NCBI GenBank assembly: GCA_030591445.1
Contig: JAUVBB010000001.1
Location: 1 to 59,511 of the forward strand
From: Deltaproteobacteria bacterium
GTDB taxonomy: Bacteria > Myxococcota > B64-G9
Length of the DNA: 59,511 nucleotides
Direction of reading: 5' to 3'
The notes below the pieces were generated by a model. The model did no database searches and was not told the DNA's origin. It saw only the letters and a program-made list of their open reading frames with translations. Shown one piece after another: positions 1 through 7,508 of the stretch. A program made the translations under genes and the position numbers. Within the stretch, counting starts at the first letter, position 1; every line of letters starts with the position of its first letter.

Positions 1-1270
1 CCTCGATCTGGCTCAGCGGCAAGGACATCAAAGTATTGCTCAAAGTGTCAACGATCGAGTCCAGGGCCTTATACGGCACCGACTCACGATGATGACAGCG
101 CCCCTGCAAGATGATCGTGTTCGACTTCTCTTGCTCCAGAAAGGTCTGAATCAGTGCGCTCTTGCCCATTCCGGACAAACCATGGACCAGGACCGTCACG
201 TTTCTGCCTTGGCTCGAAGCGGCCATGGCGTCATGCAAGGTGGCCAGATGACTCCGGCGGCCGACAAATGGAATGTTGGCCGATGACTTGGCCGGGGTCC
301 TGCCCGCTGCCGGCTGGCCGGCTTGGGTCAAAAAGGCAAGAATTTCCTCTCCCGTGGGTCGCTCGGCGGGCGCAAGAACCAACAATTTGACACACAGCTC
401 CTTGAGCAGCGGTAGGTCCACCTGGTTCCATCCCTCTGGCAAGACCAGAGACTCTACCTGCTTGCGCCGAAGGGTATCTTTGCTAGAGAGACCATCGAAA
501 GGAATCTGCCCAGTCATGGCTTCGTACAACACCACGCCGACGCTGTACCAGTCACTGGCCTCCGTAAGCGCCCGGCCGGCAGCCTGCTCTGGCGACATAT
601 ACTTAGGCGTGCCTCGGGAACGGCCACTGCCGGTTTGCAAAGCCGCATCCGATACCAAACCAAAATCACATATGACTACCCGGCCTTGCTTATCAACCAG
701 GACATTGGAAGGTTTGATATCACAGTGCAGCTTGCCGGCCCGATGAAGGGCAAGAATGCCCTTGACCAACTGGACCAAGGTCGCCCGCAACCTATCCGAA
801 CGCAAACTTGCTTCCAGGATTGATTTCCTGCGTAGTCCCAACACCTCTGATTTCGGGTCCAGATCATCCCACTTACCAGGTTCTGCTTCCACCACCGTAC
901 TTTCTTCGTCGCCAGAGATCTCTACGGCAGACATGCTCTTGCTGCTATGTTCCTTCAGTATCTGCTTGAACGGACGAACGTATTCGAGCAAGGAGACACC
1001 ATCGATAAGCTCCATGGTGAAAAACCACTCATCATTGTCGTTGTGTAACTCGTAAAGAACAACCAGGTTATCGTGCACAATTCCGGCCAGTGAGCGGAAC
1101 TCTTGTTTGAAGCTATAGAGACTGGCACCATCAAGTTTGTGCAAAGTCTTGGAAGCTACTTCCTGTCGCCGCACCTGGTCGTAGACGCGGTAAACCGTCC
1201 CCATCCCACCCGCTCCCAATTCCCCTCGCCGTTCAAATCGAGATTTCTCAACTCTGGACTTCTCATCCAC
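1..1270 (-). CDS. Ser/Thr protein kinase fused to a P-loop (STAND/AAA-type) NTPase. Only the N-terminal ~423 aa are present; the 3' end lies beyond the left edge of the window.
   Basis: This ORF is absent from the supplied track because it runs off the edge. Reverse-complement translation from GTG 1270 (GGAAGGGG lies ~8 nt upstream) reads VDEKSRVEKSRFERRGELGAGGMGTVYRVYD (Gly-rich loop). It continues with HCDIKPSNVLVD (catalytic loop), ICDFG and GTPKYMSPEQ. It then reads FVGRR...NVTVLVHGLSGMGKSAL (Walker A) and stays open to position 1. Confidence 0.85.
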   Translation of the reverse strand, partial: MDEKSRVEKSRFERRGELGAGGMGTVYRVYDQVRRQEVASKTLHKLDGASLYSFKQEFRSLAGIVHDNLVVLYELHNDNDEWFFTMELIDGVSLLEYVRPFKQILKEHSSKSMSAVEISGDEESTVVEAEPGKWDDLDPKSEVLGLRRKSILEASLRSDRLRATLVQLVKGILALHRAGKLHCDIKPSNVLVDKQGRVVICDFGLVSDAALQTGSGRSRGTPKYMSPEQAAGRALTEASDWYSVGVVLYEAMTGQIPFDGLSSKDTLRRKQVESLVLPEGWNQVDLPLLKELCVKLLVLAPAERPTGEEILAFLTQAGQPAAGRTPAKSSANIPFVGRRSHLATLHDAMAASSQGRNVTVLVHGLSGMGKSALIQTFLEQEKSNTIILQGRCHHRESVPYKALDSIVDTLSNTLMSLPLSQIE

Positions 1271-1400
1271 TGGCTTACCCCTTCCGACTTCTTCAGTCTT
1301 GCGGGTTCGACAATCTATGGGCTCGCGCCATCGCAACTATTGGCTACAGTAACCAATAGTAACAGGGCACCTGCCTAATGGCACAAAAAACTCTCAACTT

Positions 1401-3650
1401 ATGCTCACGCAACGGATAAAATACTCAGGAGCAACACCAACTACCAATGTGGCGGAGAAAATAGTGAACAAACATTTCCCCAGGGCAAGGCACCGCACCT
1501 GGATAATACTGGGTTTACTGATACTTACCTCTGCAGTCGCGGCCGAACCTCCGCCGCGGGTGGAAGCGGGCCGCTTGGAGGCGGAACTTCGGATCGACGG
1601 TGTGCTCGACGAGCCCGCCTGGCGCGTTGCCGGGATCATCTCCGATCTGACCCAACAGGATCCTCGGCCGGGCGAAGCCACCCCTTACCGGACCGAGATC
1701 CGGGTGCTGGTGGATAATCAGAACCTCTACTTCGGGCTTACCTGCCACGACCCGGAGCCGGCCCGGATCGCGGTTCACACCATGCAGCGCGACGGTATGC
1801 TGGAAGGCGATCAAACGGTGACGGTGGTCCTTGACACCTTTGGCAATCGGCGGCGCGGCTACTATTTCGAGATCAATGCGGCCGGGGCCAGGCTCGACGG
1901 TTTAATAGCGGGACCCGAAGAGATATCCCCCGACTGGGATGGAATTTGGGACGCGCAAACCCAGCGGAGCCCGGACGGCTGGACCGCCGAGATTCGTATC
2001 CCCGCCCAAAGCCTGCGTTTCACGCCGGGCGCCGAGAGCTGGGGATTTAACGTGCAACGACGGGTTGCCCGTGACCTCCTCACCCTTCGCTGGGCCGGCA
2101 CTGGGCTCGACGCCCGCATCGAAGATCTACGCCGCGCCGGCCGGATCGAGGGCATGGCCGGACTCAAGCAGGGAAAGGGGCTAAGCATCAGCCCCTTCGG
2201 CATGCTATGGCGAGAGGCAGACCTGACCACGGGCCGCTTCACGGTTCAGGGGGATGCCGGCATCGACCTCACCTACAACATCACCCCGAATATTGCCGCC
2301 GTGCTGACGGTCAACACCGATTTCTCCGAGACAGAAGTAGACACCCGCCAGGTAAATCTCACCCGATTTCCACTGTTCTTTCCCGAGAAGCGCTCGTTCT
2401 TTCTCGAGGGCTCTAACCTCTTCTCTTTTGGCGCCGGTATCGACCAAGACTTCATCCCCTTTTTCTCGCGCCGGTTCGGGCTGTACCAAGGTCAACAGGT
2501 GCCGCTGCTTGGCGGAGTCAAAGTCCTGGGACAATTGGGCAAGTGGGATTTGGCGGTGCTCGATACCATCGCCAAGGAGACTTCAGTTACCCAATTGACC
2601 AACCTGTTCGCGGGCCGCCTGACCTACGACGCAAGCGAGCACCTGACCGTAGGAACCATCGTCACCCACGGCAATCCCAACGGCGTCGATGACAACCTCC
2701 TGGTAGGCGCGGATCTCCTCTGGCGGACCTCGACTTTCCGTGGTGACAAAAACCTATCATTGGGCGCTTGGGCAAGCTGGTCCGGCGGTCAAGTACCCGA
2801 TGGCCGCCACAGCGGTTGGGGGCTAAAACTCGACTACCCCAACGATCTTTGGGACCTCTTTTTCATTTACAAAGAGTTCGGCGACGGTCTCGACCCAGCG
2901 CTCGGTTTCTTGCCCCGCCCGGGAACTCGCTGGTTCCAGGGCGGCGGAGCCTACCAACCCCGCCCCCAAGGCGGGGGCTTCGGCTGGGTGCGGCAGTTCA
3001 ACTTTGAGCTCTACGCCTCTTATGCGCAGGATCTCAACGGCCGAACCGAATCTTGGCAATTGTTCACCGCCCCCTTCAACGCCCACACCGAGTCCGGCGA
3101 GCACCTGGAGGCCAACCTGGTACCCCAATTCGAACGGCTGGATGCGCCCTTCGAAATCGCCGACGGAGTGCTCATTCCCCCCGGCGAGTACCGCTTCACC
3201 CGCTACCGGGTGGAGGCGCAGAGCTCCCAGCAACGGCCATGGGAGGTAGGCGCCACCGTCTGGTTCGGAGACTTCTATACCGGCTCTCTCACTCAGTTGG
3301 AGGGCTTTGTCGGCTACACCACCCCCCGCGGCCACCTGCAGATCCAAGTCATGGCCAATCACAACCGAGCCTTCCTGCCCCAAGGGAACTTCAGCCAGAG
3401 CTTGTGGCAAGTCAAACTGGTGGGGGCCTTCACTCCCAACCTGATCCTTACGATTTACGCACAATACGACTCGGAATCGCGTAACCTGGGCTCTAACACC
3501 CGGCTGCGCTGGATCATCCGCCCCGGCACCGACCTGTTTGTGGTCTGGAACCACGACTGGCAGCACCCCATCGACAGCCGCGATCCTTGGGCTCTGACTC
3601 CGATCAGCGACCAAGTCGTAGCCAAGCTACGCTGGACCTTCAGGAGGTGA
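1401..3650 (+). CDS. Secreted CBM9-like / DUF5916-type protein
   Basis: 749-aa ORF. The signal peptide is WIILGLLILTSAVAA. The N-terminal segment IDGVLDEPAWRVA...QQDPRPGEATPYRTEIRVLVDNQNLYFGLTCHD...VVLDTFGNRRRGYYFEINAAGARLDG matches my recollection of the carbohydrate-binding-family-9/DUF5916 signature. The true start may be GTG 1464, which is preceded by GGAGAA. Confidence 0.8.
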   Translation: MLTQRIKYSGATPTTNVAEKIVNKHFPRARHRTWIILGLLILTSAVAAEPPPRVEAGRLEAELRIDGVLDEPAWRVAGIISDLTQQDPRPGEATPYRTEIRVLVDNQNLYFGLTCHDPEPARIAVHTMQRDGMLEGDQTVTVVLDTFGNRRRGYYFEINAAGARLDGLIAGPEEISPDWDGIWDAQTQRSPDGWTAEIRIPAQSLRFTPGAESWGFNVQRRVARDLLTLRWAGTGLDARIEDLRRAGRIEGMAGLKQGKGLSISPFGMLWREADLTTGRFTVQGDAGIDLTYNITPNIAAVLTVNTDFSETEVDTRQVNLTRFPLFFPEKRSFFLEGSNLFSFGAGIDQDFIPFFSRRFGLYQGQQVPLLGGVKVLGQLGKWDLAVLDTIAKETSVTQLTNLFAGRLTYDASEHLTVGTIVTHGNPNGVDDNLLVGADLLWRTSTFRGDKNLSLGAWASWSGGQVPDGRHSGWGLKLDYPNDLWDLFFIYKEFGDGLDPALGFLPRPGTRWFQGGGAYQPRPQGGGFGWVRQFNFELYASYAQDLNGRTESWQLFTAPFNAHTESGEHLEANLVPQFERLDAPFEIADGVLIPPGEYRFTRYRVEAQSSQQRPWEVGATVWFGDFYTGSLTQLEGFVGYTTPRGHLQIQVMANHNRAFLPQGNFSQSLWQVKLVGAFTPNLILTIYAQYDSESRNLGSNTRLRWIIRPGTDLFVVWNHDWQHPIDSRDPWALTPISDQVVAKLRWTFRR

Positions 3651-4279
3651 TCGAAATCCATTTGCCAGTACACAGGTGGGCCGCCTGGGTCCTATTGGGT
3701 TTGTTGGTGCTTACGCCCAGTGCCACCATGGCTACAGAGGAGCCGGCAGTTGAGGCAGAACCGCAATGGTGGGTGCCTTCGCTCCATAGTGCCAGTATTT
3801 TAACGGGTACCCGCATAGGCTTATCGATATGCTGGCCCGATGCCTACGACCCTACTACCACCGGAGACAACTGGGATCGCTTCGTCCATGCCTGGTCCGC
3901 GCCTCCGCACTGGGATGGCAATGAGGCCTTCTTCGAATGGGACGCCGACCCCTGGTCCATCAATCTGATCGGTCATGGGCTGATGGGCTCGGAGTTCTAC
4001 CTGCGCCACCGACAAGCCAATTTCGATTGGTGGATGGCCCTGGGCATGACCCTGGCCTGGTCCTTTGCCTGGGAGTACCTGGCCGAAAGCTGGCACAAAC
4101 AACCCTCGGGCATCGACTTGGCCTGGACCCCCGTGGGCGGCGCACTCATCGGCGAAGGCCGCTTCTGGGTCTATAGCCAAATCCGCGCCATGGACCCCGG
4201 CCCCGGCCGACATGCTTTGCTCTACCTCATCGACCCCCTCGGCCAAGCCGAACGTGATCTCATGGGTCTGGAGTACTAA
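3587..4279 (+). CDS. DUF3943-like exported or membrane protein
   Basis: The segment EWDADPWSINLIGHGLMGSEFYLRHRQANFDWWMALGMTLAWSFAWEYLAESWHKQPSGIDLAWTPVGGALIGEGRF parallels the DUF3943 pattern WxxDPFxxNxxxHxxxGSxYxxxR...WEYxxE...PSxxDL...GGxxxGE. A hydrophobic N-terminal segment AAWVLLGLLVLTPSA is present. The start is uncertain: ATG 3587 overlaps the upstream gene by 64 nt, and in-frame GTG 3647 overlaps its TGA stop. Confidence 0.7.
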   Translation: MGSDSDQRPSRSQATLDLQEVIEIHLPVHRWAAWVLLGLLVLTPSATMATEEPAVEAEPQWWVPSLHSASILTGTRIGLSICWPDAYDPTTTGDNWDRFVHAWSAPPHWDGNEAFFEWDADPWSINLIGHGLMGSEFYLRHRQANFDWWMALGMTLAWSFAWEYLAESWHKQPSGIDLAWTPVGGALIGEGRFWVYSQIRAMDPGPGRHALLYLIDPLGQAERDLMGLEY

Positions 4280-4417
4280 AACAAGCCACCGAAGCGGTTG
4301 CTGACACAAAACATTGACGAGGCGAACGACTGAGTACTACTGTCCACAAGGAATTCTAGGCGATAGACCAGCTTGATCGAGTTTGCTACTTCAAGATCTA
4401 GTGGAGGGGCGTGGTGG

Positions 4418-7291
4418 ATGTCTGATCGAGAGGACAAGCCGGACGTCAAGTTGACCGAAGCTGAAGATGTGTTTGATCAAAAGGACACTTGTTCAGATAG
4501 CGACGTAAATGATGAAGAGAATGAACAAATAGCAAAACTGGAACTGGACCGGGGAGCGTCAGTTGGTCGCTATGTAATTCTCGATGTCATCGGCGAAGGT
4601 GGCATGGGCAAAGTGTACCAGGCCTATGATCCCGAACTGGATCGTCGCATTGCCCTTAAGCTGCTCAGCGTAAAAAAAGCCATCGGTAGCGAGTCACAAG
4701 TGGAGTTGGCTCGTGAGCGCCTACTTCGCGAAGCCCAGGCTTTGGCCCAGCTTGCTCATCCCAACGTAGTTTCAGCCTACGATGTTGGCGCAATCGGCAA
4801 CCAGGTATTCATCGCCATGGAATTGGTGGAAGGAAAAACCCTTAGCCAATGGATAAAGTCGGACAAGTTGTCTGTCCAGCAGATTGTCAATGTTCTGGTA
4901 GCCGCTGGCCGCGGAATGGTGGCGGCACACCAGGTTGGACTTATTCACCGCGATTTCAAACCAGACAACATCATCGTGGGCAATGATGGCCGAGCCCGAG
5001 TGCTCGATTTCGGCTTGGCCCGATCCACCACCCTGGATAAAAGCGCATTGCTGGGTAACGGTACTGATCCGACATTGAGCCAAGAATCGCGCTCCAACTC
5101 GCAGGGCAATTCATCTGGCAGCACCGACGATCACTTGGGTTCAGTTTCAAAGATATTGCGTTCATCACTAACCATGACCGGCGCTGTCGTTGGCACCCCG
5201 GGTTACATGTCTCCAGAACAGTGCTTGGGAGACAAGCTGGACGAGCAATCTGATCAATTCAGTTTTTGCGCCACTCTGTATTTTGCCCTTTACAAAGTAA
5301 AAGCTTTCAACGCCAGATCATTCAAAGAGCTGAAGAACAAAGTAATCAAAGGCCAGATAACTCCGCCCCCTCCGGCAGCAAAAGTATCGAGACGGCTGCA
5401 TCGCATCGCTTTGCGGGGCTTGTCCGTAGATAGGAAGGATCGTTATCCTTCCATGGAAGTGCTTCTGGCCGACCTTTCGAAGGACCCCCGAGCTACCCTG
5501 CGACACGGACTGCTTGCGGTAATCATCATTATTCTGATGAGTCTCGCAGCCTACGGTCTGCTGCGAGACGTCGATCATTCTCTTTGCCAAAGCGCCAAGC
5601 ATAGTCTTGCCGCGTTCTGGAACCCTCCCCAAAAAACAGCCATTCGTGAGGCCTTCGAAGCGACAAGAAGAAGCTATGCTGGCGATACCTTCAAGCGAGT
5701 AGAGAAGATTATCGACGCCTATGCCGTCGATTGGGTACAGATGGCAAACGATTCCTGCGCGGCCACCCATATCCACGGCGTCCAATCCGAACGTTTGATG
5801 GACTTACGTAAGAACTGTTTGGATCGAAAGCTGACCCAGTTTGCGGCGTTAATCGATTTATTCGCTGGCGCGCCTGATGCCGAGATAGTCGATAAGGCAG
5901 TAAAAATCGTTATGGATCTAAGCACCTTGAGCCAATGCAAAGATACCGAGTCCTTGCTGGCGACCATTGCGCCCCCCGAGGATCCCAAGATACGCGCCCG
6001 AGTAAAAGAACTGCGCCAACAATTAGATCGCGCCGACGTACTCCAAAAGACCGGAAAGTACAAACCGGGTCTTGCCCAGATAATCAAGATCACAAAGGAA
6101 TCCGCGGAACTTGGCTATCTACCCTTCCATGCGGAAGCTCGTTTTCTGCAAGCCACCGTCAAGGAATTCCTGGGAGAGTTTCACGCGGCGGAACAGGAGT
6201 TCAAAGAAACCATCTGGGCAGCAGCAGATGCTGGAGACAGCAAGCTGGTGGCTAAGGTGTGGATTTCCCTGCTGATGAACCTGGCCCAACAAAACAAATT
6301 CGAAGACGCCTTGGCCCTAGAGACCGTGGTCGGGGTGGCCGTTGCGCTCGCAGGCCGTGAGCCACTGTTGACGGCGGATATGAAACGAGCTCTTGGGCGA
6401 AGTTACTATGAACAAGGGAAATTCGAACTAGGAAGGAAACTCTTTGAGCAAGCGCTGACTTTACGTAAAAAAGTTTTGGGTTCTAGCCACCTCAAAGTGA
6501 GCCAATCCATGATAGATGTAGGCAATACCTTATACCGTTTAGGACATTTCGATGAATGTAGGAAATACTACCAAAAAGCTCTTATTATCAGTGAAAGAAC
6601 ACTTGGACCCGAACACCCAAACGTTGGTTGGGCCATACACAACTTGGGCATGGTATTCTTTGCCAAAGGAAATTATGACGAAGCTTTGAAATTGTACAAG
6701 AAAGCCCATGAAATCCAAAAAAGATCCCACAATCCGGATGACCCTGACTTGGCCACGGGATTACAAAACATGGGCATTCTGGCCACCCAAATTGGTGACT
6801 TTGCAAGCGCAAAAAAATACATGATGGAGGCCCTAAAGATCTACCGGCATGCCTTTGGAGAAGACCACGTTCTGTCCGCTGTCACCTTGAGTGGCTTGGG
6901 AGATGTGCTGGTTGGACTGAACGACAAAGCAGGAGCCTATCGGGCATACCAACGCTCATTAGACATGCTTTCCCGAGTCGCCGGCCCAGATCACCCGATG
7001 AATAGTTACGCGCTAACGGGGCTAGGCTCGCTTCTCTTGACTGACGGTCGAGTCCACAAAGCGCTACCTCTGCTGGAAAGAGGGCTTGGTATTCGAGAAA
7101 AGGAGACCAAGGATCCCATGTTGCTGGGTGATGCCCGCTTCACCCTGGCGAGGGCTCTTTGGAGAGCCGGTAAGGAGCGAAAACGATCCATCCAACTTGC
7201 CGAAATGGCCCAAAAAGATTTTTTAGCCACCGATAATCGTGGCCAATCAAAAATGCGCGAAGTGCAAAATTGGCTCGGGAAACGCCGCTGA
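4418..7291 (+). CDS. Membrane-spanning Ser/Thr protein kinase with a C-terminal TPR array
   Basis: Kinase motifs present are GEGGMGKVYQAYD, IALK, HRDFKPDNIIV, LDFGLA and GTPGYMSPEQ. A single TM segment LLAVIIIILMSLAAYGLL follows. After it come repeated TPR_12-like units such as HPNVGWAIHNLGMVFFAKGNYDEALKLYKKAHEI. ATG 4418 has GGAGGGG ~9 nt upstream. The track ORF begins at TTG 4373. Confidence 0.9.
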   Translation: MSDREDKPDVKLTEAEDVFDQKDTCSDSDVNDEENEQIAKLELDRGASVGRYVILDVIGEGGMGKVYQAYDPELDRRIALKLLSVKKAIGSESQVELARERLLREAQALAQLAHPNVVSAYDVGAIGNQVFIAMELVEGKTLSQWIKSDKLSVQQIVNVLVAAGRGMVAAHQVGLIHRDFKPDNIIVGNDGRARVLDFGLARSTTLDKSALLGNGTDPTLSQESRSNSQGNSSGSTDDHLGSVSKILRSSLTMTGAVVGTPGYMSPEQCLGDKLDEQSDQFSFCATLYFALYKVKAFNARSFKELKNKVIKGQITPPPPAAKVSRRLHRIALRGLSVDRKDRYPSMEVLLADLSKDPRATLRHGLLAVIIIILMSLAAYGLLRDVDHSLCQSAKHSLAAFWNPPQKTAIREAFEATRRSYAGDTFKRVEKIIDAYAVDWVQMANDSCAATHIHGVQSERLMDLRKNCLDRKLTQFAALIDLFAGAPDAEIVDKAVKIVMDLSTLSQCKDTESLLATIAPPEDPKIRARVKELRQQLDRADVLQKTGKYKPGLAQIIKITKESAELGYLPFHAEARFLQATVKEFLGEFHAAEQEFKETIWAAADAGDSKLVAKVWISLLMNLAQQNKFEDALALETVVGVAVALAGREPLLTADMKRALGRSYYEQGKFELGRKLFEQALTLRKKVLGSSHLKVSQSMIDVGNTLYRLGHFDECRKYYQKALIISERTLGPEHPNVGWAIHNLGMVFFAKGNYDEALKLYKKAHEIQKRSHNPDDPDLATGLQNMGILATQIGDFASAKKYMMEALKIYRHAFGEDHVLSAVTLSGLGDVLVGLNDKAGAYRAYQRSLDMLSRVAGPDHPMNSYALTGLGSLLLTDGRVHKALPLLERGLGIREKETKDPMLLGDARFTLARALWRAGKERKRSIQLAEMAQKDFLATDNRGQSKMREVQNWLGKRR

Positions 7292-7302
7292 AAGAATGGC
7301 GT

Positions 7303-7335
7303 CCAATCTTTGTCTTTGAAGACAAACAGGATTGG
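7303..7335 (+). terminator. Hairpin immediately after the kinase stop codon; possible terminator
   Basis: ccaatctttgtc - tttgaa - gacaaa(cag)gattgg forms a 12-bp stem with a 3-nt bulge. It begins 12 nt after TGA 7289-7291. No U-tract follows. Confidence 0.3.
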
Positions 7336-7508
7336 TCTGCACTCAATCGGCTTGTTCACGACAATGGCACGGTCACCAAAGCGCATCCGGCAAATTTCGT
7401 GCTTGACGGAGTGATTCAGCTCCGAGATTATTAATAATGGAAAATGTAGGTGACGGAATTTGGCCCTTTAAGCAGCTTTATTTTACCGATGGTCCTGGGG
7501 AGAAAGCC

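Noticed and set aside
2823-3614. 263-aa minus-strand ORF inside the DUF5916 gene. The same applies to the long antisense ORFs at 14222-15022, 21860-22711, 26519-27169, 28587-29273, 37433-38362, 42962-43759, 45374-46174, 46228-46902 and 51178-51927.
   Set aside because: All lie opposite or out of frame within genes that carry strong family motifs (A2M, cyclase, GlgX, GH38, LepA, Hcp and others). Their translations are Arg/Gly/Ala/Pro-rich without motifs, so they are shadow ORFs.
7364-7382. TGGCACG heptamer upstream of the repeat-lipoprotein gene
   Set aside because: It is followed by GTCA-CCAA instead of N4-TTGC, so there is no -12 element. A sigma70-like TTGACG-17-GATTAT at 7403-7431 is a better, though still weak, candidate.
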